DNA of 61,310 nt, taken from a virus (lineage: Duplodnaviria > Caudoviricetes). Positions within the stretch are counted from its first letter, which is position 1, and each line of letters opens with the position of its first letter. Where the stretch lies: the IMG/VR virus record IMGVR_UViG_3300032360_000004, positions 1-61,310 of that record. One strand, given 5' to 3'. Shown here one piece after another: positions 1 through 8,277 of the stretch. The notes beneath the pieces were generated by a model. It was not told the DNA's origin. It searched no databases and saw only the letters and a list, made by a program, of their open reading frames with translations. A program made the position numbers and the translations under genes.

Positions 1-128
1 GCGAGGTGGACCGTAGTGTCATGGACCGGGTGACTAAGGTGTGCCTGGATACTGCCCGTGGTCAAACCATGATGATAGCCCAGCAACTACACGCAGCAGG
101 TACCACCAAGGGGGCTGCCCTGCGAGCT
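1..128. repeat. Terminal redundancy (circular assembly overlap), copy 1
   Basis: 1-128 is identical to 61183-61310 except position 2 (C vs T at 61184, a synonymous AGC/AGT change). The helicase ORF reads through the junction. Confidence 0.97.
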
Positions 129-308
129 ATAGCACTGGCCACTAACACCCCAGAGAATAAGACCCGCGAACTGTTGCGGTTCTTACAACGTATAGACGCA
201 GTAGAATCCTTTAGTACAGGTAAGGGTATCGGGGGCAATAAAGCCCGGTGGAGACTAACCGCTAAACTACAAACCCTATACACCACCGTACTGGGGGAAG
301 GGCAATGA
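1..308 (+). CDS. C-terminal part (probable winged-helix tail) of the MCM-like AAA+ helicase that starts at 60096
   Basis: In frame with 60096..61310 through the terminal overlap. The joined ORF is 464 aa. Confidence 0.85.
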   Translation, partial: EVDRSVMDRVTKVCLDTARGQTMMIAQQLHAAGTTKGAALRAIALATNTPENKTRELLRFLQRIDAVESFSTGKGIGGNKARWRLTAKLQTLYTTVLGEGQ

Positions 309-1201
309 CTATGACAACCCACGACTTAAGGTTGGACAGCCAATTAAACCTGGACCATGTGGAACACGTGGTGTCCATAGTGTCCTCGTCCCGTGCTGGC
401 AGCAGCCTGCTAAAGCACACCATGGCTCTGCACTCAGACCTATCCACATTGGCAGGGGAAGAGGAACCCTATTACAAGCTGGCCCACAACGGTTACCCGT
501 GGCACACCTGTGACGTGTTCCACAGTCTAAACGGATTAGACTACGTTAGGCTGCTTATGGCCAACGAACTGCACAACCACCAACAGCAGCACAACCGGGC
601 CTGGATACAATCACAAACGGTAGAAGAACCACCGTTCGTCCAGCCTAAACAGTGCCGTCTTACCCCCACCCTGTTGTTAAAGACTCCCCAGAACATATAC
701 CGCCGTGGGGTGCTGGAAGAACTATTTCCAGGGCGACGTATTAGTTACATCTACTTAACTCGTGGCTTTGCCCAAGTGGTTAACGGGCTTATAGATGGGT
801 GGTTGAGTGATGACTATAAAGCCCGGAAGACTGAGCAAGGGTGGTGGAAGTTTGATATGCCACCCGGTTGGGCATTCAGTCACCTCTACCAACGGTGCTA
901 CCACCAGTGGCGTATGGCTAACCTGTTTGGCCTTGGCGAGTACGATGATGCTAGCTACCGGTTAAAGTTTGAGGACTTTACACGTGATACTGATAGCGTG
1001 TGCCAACGGCTGTACCGTCTGCTGGGCCTGCCACCGCACTCAGTGCCACCCCTGGAAGACCTGCCCCACATCATGGCTACCAGTGCCCCCAAGCCACACA
1101 GGTGGCAGGGTAGAGCGTACTTGGCCAAACTGCTTGGCAGCCGGGCCGAACCTCTAATGACTAACTTAGGCTATAGCATGGACCAGTCTACATGGACATA
1201 A
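305..1201 (+). CDS. Sulfotransferase-family (PAPS-binding P-loop) protein
   Basis: 5'-PSB-like IVSSSRAGSSLL..H, EEPYY, LLKTPQN, 3'-PB-like YIYLTR, and LKFEDF. Confidence 0.75.
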   Translation: MTMTTHDLRLDSQLNLDHVEHVVSIVSSSRAGSSLLKHTMALHSDLSTLAGEEEPYYKLAHNGYPWHTCDVFHSLNGLDYVRLLMANELHNHQQQHNRAWIQSQTVEEPPFVQPKQCRLTPTLLLKTPQNIYRRGVLEELFPGRRISYIYLTRGFAQVVNGLIDGWLSDDYKARKTEQGWWKFDMPPGWAFSHLYQRCYHQWRMANLFGLGEYDDASYRLKFEDFTRDTDSVCQRLYRLLGLPPHSVPPLEDLPHIMATSAPKPHRWQGRAYLAKLLGSRAEPLMTNLGYSMDQSTWT

Positions 1202-2142
1202 TCGACTTTTGTAAGTTGTCTAAACTGAACATGGACAACTGCGACTTCGACTGTATCTACCCCCTAGTGACTGACCTAGCCAACCAAGGTGGGTGGAGTG
1301 ACAAAGATCGCCTGTGGTACTGCGTGCTGTACATGGTGTTTTACAATGAGTCGGCAGCCCTTACCTACTTCCATCATCCCAGGAGAGGGGCAACCCGGCT
1401 GCCCATAGACACAGCCCGTCGTTGCTTGCGTGGTGGCCGTATAGTACGCCACCTGGAAAGCTGGAAAGCCATTAGCCAAGGGCAGCACGTAGCCGACTAC
1501 CTATGTAACGGCTTTACAGATGACCGGGCAGCCAACTGGCACCAACTGCTGGACAACATACAGCAGGTATATGGAAACGGTAGGTGGGCAGGCTATACCA
1601 CGGCTGACCTGTTGCACAAGGTGTGTGGGTTACCCGTGCAGCCCACTAGCACAGGGTGGCGACAGAGTAGTGGTCCTAAGAATGGCCTGGAAAAGCTACC
1701 ACCCAATAAGCTGGCCCTAGACCAACGTGAGGGACATTGGCTTCGCAGGCTGGCACCCTTGGCACAGAAACACCTACGGCTGGCCTACTGGCCCGAGGGG
1801 TGGGATTACGGTGTGCTGGAGAGCCTGCTGTGTGACTGGGACGGGCTAACTAAGGGTGGCTATTACAGTGGCCGTAACCTGGACCGTATGCTCAACCGCA
1901 TGGGTAAGGTGTTGGATGTGACCGGCACCAGCAGCCCGTTGCTAAAGCAGATCCTAGAGAGTCGTCAGCGGGTGTACCCGGCTAACCAGTTAGGCGAACG
2001 GCATGGTTGGTACGCTATAGATCCCAAACGTAAGAAACACTACCTACAAACGGGGGAAGTATTATGTGGAGCAGAGGACCGCAAATCTATAACAGGTGCC
2101 ACCAGTTTAATGCAGTTCCTGGGCAGGCACTGGTGTGGGTAG
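1192..2142 (+). CDS. Amino acid:DNA transferase (aGPT-Pplase2-like, HhH-fold DNA hypermodification enzyme)
   Basis: DFDCIYP, TARR, GNGRWAGY, SSGPKNGL, ESLLCDW..L.KGGYYSG and GE..GW..I...RK..Y..TG match the aGPT-Pplase2 family pattern. It lies near 5-hmdU genes across the junction. Confidence 0.7.
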   Translation: MDIIDFCKLSKLNMDNCDFDCIYPLVTDLANQGGWSDKDRLWYCVLYMVFYNESAALTYFHHPRRGATRLPIDTARRCLRGGRIVRHLESWKAISQGQHVADYLCNGFTDDRAANWHQLLDNIQQVYGNGRWAGYTTADLLHKVCGLPVQPTSTGWRQSSGPKNGLEKLPPNKLALDQREGHWLRRLAPLAQKHLRLAYWPEGWDYGVLESLLCDWDGLTKGGYYSGRNLDRMLNRMGKVLDVTGTSSPLLKQILESRQRVYPANQLGERHGWYAIDPKRKKHYLQTGEVLCGAEDRKSITGATSLMQFLGRHWCG

Positions 2143-2744
2143 ACGCCCACCCAGATTTCCACAGCAACGCCACCAGCATTAGCGGGTTCATAGGTGGCAA
2201 AGCCCTACACCGTATACGTAAGAAGTACGAGGCCATATACATACTGGGGGCACGCGACATAGAGCCTGGAGAGTTAGACAACATACGGGCCGAGGACCAC
2301 GTACACCTAGTAAGCGACGTGGACTACCTTGGCCTGCTGCCCAGTGGTGGCACTCACGTACATATAGACGGTGACGTGCTGGACCCACTGGTTAACCCAG
2401 ACGTGTCGTACCCGGTACGTTGGGGGTACACGGTGCAGGGCTTGGCTAACGTGCTGCTGCGGCTACCTGTAAGCCAGCTACAGGGCTGGTCGGTTAGTAA
2501 CATGGCCCCCGAGCTATTGGATGACCTGTGTAACCTGCTGCGTGGTCCTACGCTGTGCAGTGCTTGCGATGGCCCGTTCAACCTGGAAACCGAGGGTGGC
2601 CAGTGCGGTACCATCGGCACGTTTATAAACGTGGCCTTCTGCCCTACCTGCTTTGCAGGTATCTATGACATGGTGGACCAAATGAAACCACCCACCCCGT
2701 GCAACAAGTGCGACCGGGTGGGTGGGTGTGCGTCCCAGGGATGA
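2064..2744 (+). CDS. Arginase/agmatinase (ureohydrolase)-like protein with C-terminal Cys-rich zinc-finger extension
   Basis: WVDAHPD, ILGARDIEPGE and HVHIDGDVLDP metal-binding motifs. C-terminus has CxxC...FCPTC...CNKC. The start is uncertain and overlaps the upstream gene. Confidence 0.75.
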   Translation: MWSRGPQIYNRCHQFNAVPGQALVWVDAHPDFHSNATSISGFIGGKALHRIRKKYEAIYILGARDIEPGELDNIRAEDHVHLVSDVDYLGLLPSGGTHVHIDGDVLDPLVNPDVSYPVRWGYTVQGLANVLLRLPVSQLQGWSVSNMAPELLDDLCNLLRGPTLCSACDGPFNLETEGGQCGTIGTFINVAFCPTCFAGIYDMVDQMKPPTPCNKCDRVGGCASQG

Positions 2745-2859
2745 CCCTCACAGGGCTTTACCGCTACTACTGTGGTAGTAGTGGAAAACGCACCCACCCG
2801 TAATACGCCAGTATACTGCTGGTTTACCCGTTTGCAACGGTTGTTTTTATGTCGCCCCC

Positions 2860-2890
2860 TTGCCCTGTACCGGGGTTACCGTGCTACCAT
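2860..2890 (+). promoter_or_regulatory. Candidate sigma70-like promoter upstream of the structured leader RNA and late operon
   Basis: TTGCCC-19 bp-TACCAT with an extended -10 TG, in an intergenic region. Confidence 0.3.
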
Positions 2891-2973
2891 GAGGGTTATG
2901 GGGTTGCAGGGCTTTACAGGCCCGTAGGCAGCCCCGTAGGGTACCCCAGCGTGCCCGTACATCTAACCCCCCG

Positions 2974-3133
2974 GTGCCACCACTGAAAACCCACCTTTCC
3001 TCCATGTTCTCTACGTGCGTTATGCGTTGCTACGGCTACCCGGCTGTCCGCTTGCTCCGGCTAGTAGGTTGTGCTGTGAACTGCGTAGCGTGTTGCATGA
3101 GAACAGTGTGGTTAGTAGGTGGTGGCACTTTTT
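2974..3133 (+). ncRNA. Rod-like structured RNA with GTCCGCTTGCTCCGGC at its apex (anti-RBS element 1)
   Basis: Nested stems GTGCCACCAC(2974-83)/GTGGTGGCAC(3119-28), TGTTCTC(3005-11)/GAGAACA(3099-3105) and GCGTTATGCG/TGCGTAGCGT, followed by a T tract. The many G.U pairs favour the + strand. Confidence 0.6.
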
Positions 3134-3163
3134 ACACCCCCAGTTATGTAGGGACCATCTACC

Positions 3164-3544
3164 ATGGCTAACGAAGCCCGAGTGAGCAGTAACCTGACCC
3201 TAACTAAAGGTAACCTGGACTACGCCAGCCGACCCAGCAGTTTTACCGCTGATGTAGCTACGGCTAACCCCACTGGGCCTACTCCAGGTAGCATACTGGT
3301 AGCAACTGCTGGTACGGACATTGTTCTGACCCAGCTAACCACCCCCGGCTATGTGGTGTTAAAGAACTATGACGATACTAACTTTGTAGAGTACGGTATA
3401 TGGGATGGTGGAACATTTCACGAGCTAGGTGAGGTGCAAGCCGGAGAGCAGTACGTCCTGAGGTTTAGTCGTAACCTGAGTGGCTTCCGGCTTAAAGCCG
3501 ATACGGCTGCGTGTGAATGTAGCGTGGAAGCTTTTGAAGCGTAG
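3164..3544 (+). CDS. Hypothetical beta-rich protein, probably virion-associated
   Basis: 126-aa ORF, first gene of the late operon. Resembles 24862..25365. Confidence 0.7.
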   Translation: MANEARVSSNLTLTKGNLDYASRPSSFTADVATANPTGPTPGSILVATAGTDIVLTQLTTPGYVVLKNYDDTNFVEYGIWDGGTFHELGEVQAGEQYVLRFSRNLSGFRLKADTAACECSVEAFEA

Positions 3545-3583
3545 ATCGTTTTACACTACCTTATAGCCATTGGGATAACTTGG

Positions 3584-4180
3584 ATGGCCAGTACCGGTAT
3601 TAAACCTAGAAAGCGTGGCATTGATCCGGCTAGGCTCAGTGACCAGCAGCTAGTGTTTGTTAATGAACTGGCAGCGGACGGCAACTTCAATGCAAGCGAG
3701 GCAGCCCGTAAGGCAGGCTATAAGCGTCCTGGCACCACAGCGGGTAAACTGCTCAGGCAGCCGAAGATAGCCGCAGCACTGGGCAAGGTGTTATACGACC
3801 GCCTGGAGCGGTGCCGTCTAACTCAGGATGACGTACTGGGCTACCTACAGTCCGCCCTGTTCTTTAACCCACTGCACTACTTCAAGCCTACCGATGATGG
3901 ACATTGGTTGGTGTCTGACCTGGAAAGCCTGCCAGAGGAGGTAGGTATGCTGATAGACACCCTAGAGGTACAGCGGCAGTACGACCGGGACGGTAACCCC
4001 ACTGAGGACATATTTAAGGTGAAGCTGGTTAGTAAGGCCACGGCACTGGGCCTAGCCATGCGGCACGTGGGCGTAGAGAAGCACGAGGTAACGCACACCC
4101 TGGACTGGGACAGTCTAGTGGGCCAAGGCAACACCAAAGCCGTAGACGTTATAGAAGCCCGCATAGCTGAAGGAAACTAG
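3584..4180 (+). CDS. terS: Terminase small subunit
   Basis: LSDQQLVFVNE..DGNFNASEAARKAGY...GKLL..PKI HTH signature, upstream of TerL. Confidence 0.9.
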   Translation: MASTGIKPRKRGIDPARLSDQQLVFVNELAADGNFNASEAARKAGYKRPGTTAGKLLRQPKIAAALGKVLYDRLERCRLTQDDVLGYLQSALFFNPLHYFKPTDDGHWLVSDLESLPEEVGMLIDTLEVQRQYDRDGNPTEDIFKVKLVSKATALGLAMRHVGVEKHEVTHTLDWDSLVGQGNTKAVDVIEARIAEGN

Positions 4181-4402
4181 ATGGTTGCTCCGTACGCTCC
4201 CGTGTGTACTAGCTGTAGTCTGGGCATGACTGAGCAGATAGCCGTTACCACGACAGTGACTATGTACTGGTGCCCATACTGTGGGACGTTGGTGGGGGCA
4301 CGTACTGACAACGTAGCGGAGCCGGTAGGCGTACCCAAGGTGCCACAAATGAGTGCCTACTTTACCCACCAGCCAGGAGGCGAACCCCGTGGCAAGCCTT
4401 AG
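4181..4402 (+). CDS. Small Zn-ribbon hypothetical protein
   Basis: CTSC and WCPYCGT motifs; GAAGGAAA RBS. Confidence 0.55.
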   Translation: MVAPYAPVCTSCSLGMTEQIAVTTTVTMYWCPYCGTLVGARTDNVAEPVGVPKVPQMSAYFTHQPGGEPRGKP

Positions 4403-5930
4403 CCCCGGTCCTGGTGGTGTTATAGACCCAGTGCAGTTCCAGGAGTTGTGCTGGCCAGACATAACCCTATACGACAAGCAACGGGAAATACTATATAGCG
4501 TCCGCGACAATGACGAGACGTTTGTGCCAGCAGGCAATATGTTAGGCAAGGACTTTGTGGCTGCCCTGTGTACGCTGTGGTTCTTTATATCCAGGCACCC
4601 CTGCCGCATCATTACCACCAGTGTAGACGGTACCCAACTGGAGAGCGTGCTGTGGGGGGAGATCCGCAGGTTTATACAGAGCAGCCGCCACCGTCTGCCG
4701 TTGGTGGTCAACCACCTACACCTACGTAAGACCATAGGAGACAGCGTGGACGGGCTTAGCTATGTACTGGGCCGTGTGGCTGCCAAGGGTGAGGGAATGT
4801 TAGGGCACCACGTGGCCCGTGTGGGTGATGGCATACCCCGTACCCTGTTTGTGGCAGACGAGGCCAGCGGTGTGGATAACATCAGCTACGAGCGTGCTGA
4901 CACATGGGCTGACCGAAAACTGGTAATAGGAAACCCATACCCATGTACCAACTTCTTTAAGAAGGGGGTCCAGGCGGGTAACGTGCAGGCACCCAGCAAC
5001 GGCCACCTGTACCGCAACGTAATAAGGATCAGGGCTGAGGACAGTCCTAATGTTCGTCTGGCTACAGCCCAGCAGCAGGCCGGTAACCCGGTAACGGGGG
5101 AGATGCTAATACCCGGTGTTATGGACCATGACACATACACCAAGAGACGCAGCACGTGGGACAGCATACGCCAGTGCATAGGCTTGGATGCAGAGTTTTA
5201 TGAGGGGGCGGAAGTACTGTTGTACCCGCCTGAATGGCTCAACCGTGCCGAAGCCCTAGCTGCCAGCCTGGAAGGCCATACCCGTAGAGCAGCCCTTACC
5301 ATAGGCGTGGACCCAGCCGAGGGCGGGGATAACACCTGCTGGGCCGTGGTAGACGAACTGGGCCTAATAGACCTGATTAGCAAGAAGACACCGGACACCA
5401 CTGTTATAACCGGCGACACCATAGCCCTAATGCAGCAATACGGAGTAACGGCTACTAACGTGCTGCTGGATGCAGGCGGTGGGGGCAAGCAACACGCAGA
5501 CCGTCTACGCAGCCAAGGCTACCCAGTGCGAACCGTGGCGTTTGGTGAGAGTGCTACCCCTGTTCCGGCACGTAGACTAAAGACCATGGGTGAACGTGCC
5601 ATAGACCGGGAAGAGCGGTATGTCTATAAGAACCGGCGAGCTGAAATGTATGGAATACTGAGGGAGCTACTAGACCCAGCCGTGGAACCGGGCTTTGCCC
5701 TTCCTGCCCAATACACAGCCCTACGGCATCAGCTAAGCCCCATACCACTGGTGTACGACGGCGAAGGCCGCCTGGAGCTGCCTCCTAAAACTAAACCCAA
5801 CCCCACCAGCACCAAGGTAACCCTAACCGAGTTAATAGGCCACAGCCCTGACGAAGCCGACGCCCTTGCTCTAGCCGTATACGGTATGAGGAGCAAGGCA
5901 GCCCAAGCTGTAGCCGGTGCCGTGGTGTAG
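4353..5930 (+). CDS. terL: Terminase large subunit
   Basis: LYDKQ, Walker A PAGNMLGKD, Walker B FVADEASG, IGNP, RNase H-like IGVDPAEGGD, and C-terminal SPDEADA. Confidence 0.93.
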   Translation: MPTLPTSQEANPVASLSPGPGGVIDPVQFQELCWPDITLYDKQREILYSVRDNDETFVPAGNMLGKDFVAALCTLWFFISRHPCRIITTSVDGTQLESVLWGEIRRFIQSSRHRLPLVVNHLHLRKTIGDSVDGLSYVLGRVAAKGEGMLGHHVARVGDGIPRTLFVADEASGVDNISYERADTWADRKLVIGNPYPCTNFFKKGVQAGNVQAPSNGHLYRNVIRIRAEDSPNVRLATAQQQAGNPVTGEMLIPGVMDHDTYTKRRSTWDSIRQCIGLDAEFYEGAEVLLYPPEWLNRAEALAASLEGHTRRAALTIGVDPAEGGDNTCWAVVDELGLIDLISKKTPDTTVITGDTIALMQQYGVTATNVLLDAGGGGKQHADRLRSQGYPVRTVAFGESATPVPARRLKTMGERAIDREERYVYKNRRAEMYGILRELLDPAVEPGFALPAQYTALRHQLSPIPLVYDGEGRLELPPKTKPNPTSTKVTLTELIGHSPDEADALALAVYGMRSKAAQAVAGAVV

Positions 5931-5947
5931 CCAAAGGAGCGAATTCT

Positions 5948-6151
5948 GTGGTACAACAAACGACGATCAACCTTAAAAACTTACGGCTGGGATCCTACGG
6001 CAATGAGGGTAACCGGTCCTACACTATGATACTTACCAACACCGGCCATGCCGTGGGTAAGTTCGTGACCGTAGGCCATGGCTACCAGGAGCACGTTCGT
6101 AGGTTAAAGGCTGTAATCAAGAAGGGTGTTAAGAATGACCCAGCACCATGA
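5948..6151 (+). CDS. Hypothetical protein
   Basis: 67-aa ORF with AAGGAG RBS that fills the gap. Confidence 0.45.
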   Translation: MVQQTTINLKNLRLGSYGNEGNRSYTMILTNTGHAVGKFVTVGHGYQEHVRRLKAVIKKGVKNDPAP

Positions 6152-6509
6152 CCCGTACCTGTACCATGCGGTAGTTAAACCCGCAGACGTGTACGACGGG
6201 GATAGCGTAACGGCCCATATAGACTTAGGCTTCGGTGTGTGGCTACGTAGACAAAAGATACGCCTGTGGGGCATCAACACACCAGAACTACGTGGGGCCA
6301 CCCGCCGGAAAGGCCAAGCAGCCCGCGACCACCTGCGTGACCTGTTGCCGGAAGATGGGCACATATTCATACGCAGCCACAAGGACCGTAAAGGTAAGTA
6401 TGGAAGATGGCTAGCCGAGCTAATTATCATCAAGCCCGGTGGGACAGTTACCAACGCGAACAGTAATCTAGTGGCCACCGGTCACGCAGTGGAATACATG
6501 AGGAGATAA
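6126..6509 (+). CDS. Thermonuclease (staphylococcal nuclease-like)
   Basis: VYDGDSV, IDLGF, IRLWGINTPE and KGKYGRWLA. The start may be ATG 6135. Confidence 0.9.
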   Translation: MLRMTQHHDPYLYHAVVKPADVYDGDSVTAHIDLGFGVWLRRQKIRLWGINTPELRGATRRKGQAARDHLRDLLPEDGHIFIRSHKDRKGKYGRWLAELIIIKPGGTVTNANSNLVATGHAVEYMRR

Positions 6510-6512
6510 CCC

Positions 6513-8078
6513 ATGCCAACACCAGCACGCAAAACCGCAGGCCAAGCCGTCCGCAATAGTAACGGCAAATCATTAACCAAGGCCCAGGAGCGGTATGAAG
6601 AACGGGAGCTAATTGGCAATGTGCTAATGAGCCGTCGAGACCTTATCAAGGGTTTTCTAGACCCACGTAAGGACATTGACGATGAGTGCGGTTATAAGAA
6701 GACCAACGAGATAACCGGCGACCACTACCGCCTGTTATATGGCCGCGGGGCTGTAGCTGCCCGTGTGGTAGAGGTCATGCCCCAGGAAAGTTGGCAGGTA
6801 CAACCGAGTATATATGAAACGGAAGACGCAGAAGAAACCACCCCGTTCGAACAGGCATGGCAAGACCTGGACAACAACCTACGGGGCGAGAGCTTTTACC
6901 AGGACGAAGAGGGTAGCCCAGTATGGGAACACCTACTACGGGCTGACGTGCTGAGCGGTGTCGGTTCCTATGGAGTGATACTGCTGGGCCTAGATGATGG
7001 ACGTGACCTGTGGCACCCGGTCAAAGCACGTGAGGGGGCTAAGCTGTTGTTCCTGAGGAGCTTTGACTCAGCACTAGTAGCTATTACCCGGTACGAGGAT
7101 GACATACATAGCCCCCGCTTTGGACAGCCGGTGCAATACAGCATCACCTTTAATGATCCCCGTGATAAGAGCCAGAGCGGGGTGGGCCTGCCCCTTTCCA
7201 CCGTTAAGGTACACTGGACCCGTGTGGTACACCTAGCCGACAACCTCGGCAGTAGTGAGGTGTTTGGCGTGCCTCGTATGCAGCCTGTATATAACCGTCT
7301 GGTTGACCTGCGTAAACTGTATGCAGGCAGTGCGGAAATGTACTGGCGTGGTGCCTTTCCTGGCTTTGCTCTAGAGACTCACCCACAACTGGGTGGCGAC
7401 GTCAGCATAGACAAGAGCGTGCTACGTGACGAGATGGAAAACTATATGAATGGGCTACAACGCTACATGGCCTTAATGGGCATGAGTGCCAAGAGCCTAG
7501 CCCCACAGGTGGTGGACCCAAGCCCACAGATTAATATCCAGCTAGACGCTATCTGCATACGGCTGGGTATACCCAAGCGTATATTCGTGGGTAGTGAACG
7601 GGGGGAACTGGCCAGCAGCCAAGACGCCGGTACCTGGAATGGACGCCTGCGGTACCGTCAGCACAACTACATAACACCACGTATTATCGTGCCATTCTGC
7701 GACCGGCTTATACAGGTAGGCGTGCTACCCAAGCCAGCCGGGTACAGCGTGGTGTGGCCAGACCTGGACAGCCTGACTGACGAAGAACAGGCTAACATTG
7801 CCAGCAAGCGTACCGAGGCTATGGTCAAGTACGTGGCTGGTGACGTGGAAGCCCTGATGACACCTATGGACTACCTGACCCGTATCCTGGGTTTAACATC
7901 TGAAGCCGCCATAGATGTACTAGAAAACACTATGGATGCTATATCAGAGGATGACGAGGAACTGCTTTCTGAGCCTGTGCAATCCCCGCCCTATCAGGAA
8001 GATGCTACATATGGGAAAGCCGAAGAAACTAAAGAAGACGACAAAGAAGAAAAAGAAGAAAAAGAAGATAAGTCCTAG
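6513..8078 (+). CDS. Portal protein (DUF1073-like) with acidic C-terminal tail
   Basis: 521 aa after TerL; AARVVE..PQESW, VHWTRVVH, IPKRIFVGSERGELAS.QD. Confidence 0.85.
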   Translation: MPTPARKTAGQAVRNSNGKSLTKAQERYEERELIGNVLMSRRDLIKGFLDPRKDIDDECGYKKTNEITGDHYRLLYGRGAVAARVVEVMPQESWQVQPSIYETEDAEETTPFEQAWQDLDNNLRGESFYQDEEGSPVWEHLLRADVLSGVGSYGVILLGLDDGRDLWHPVKAREGAKLLFLRSFDSALVAITRYEDDIHSPRFGQPVQYSITFNDPRDKSQSGVGLPLSTVKVHWTRVVHLADNLGSSEVFGVPRMQPVYNRLVDLRKLYAGSAEMYWRGAFPGFALETHPQLGGDVSIDKSVLRDEMENYMNGLQRYMALMGMSAKSLAPQVVDPSPQINIQLDAICIRLGIPKRIFVGSERGELASSQDAGTWNGRLRYRQHNYITPRIIVPFCDRLIQVGVLPKPAGYSVVWPDLDSLTDEEQANIASKRTEAMVKYVAGDVEALMTPMDYLTRILGLTSEAAIDVLENTMDAISEDDEELLSEPVQSPPYQEDATYGKAEETKEDDKEEKEEKEDKS

Positions 8079-8277
8079 TGGCCACCCGCACTATCTGCCC
8101 ACCCCAGAGCAGATAGCTAAGGAGGCTGCTCTAATACGGGCAGAACGTCTAGACGACTCAGCACCCCCTATCCGTATACAGGGCATACCCAACAAACCAC
8201 GTGATCCTAAGCCAACGCACCGGGTGCACATAGGTATCTCCGGGCTAGATTACTAACCCTTCCAGGGCACACAAACT

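Noticed and set aside
1-128. Terminal repeat as a biological direct terminal repeat
   Set aside because: It falls mid-gene, is of assembler k-mer scale and has a synonymous SNP at its edge. It is best explained as an assembly overlap.
6513-8078. Anti-CBASS Acb1 label sometimes attached to this family
   Set aside because: Size, position after TerL and motifs indicate the portal protein.
7936-8256. 106-aa ORF with a poly-Lys tract
   Set aside because: The poly-Lys is the alternative frame of the portal's acidic tail. Only the 3' half might be a real small gene, and it has no clear start.
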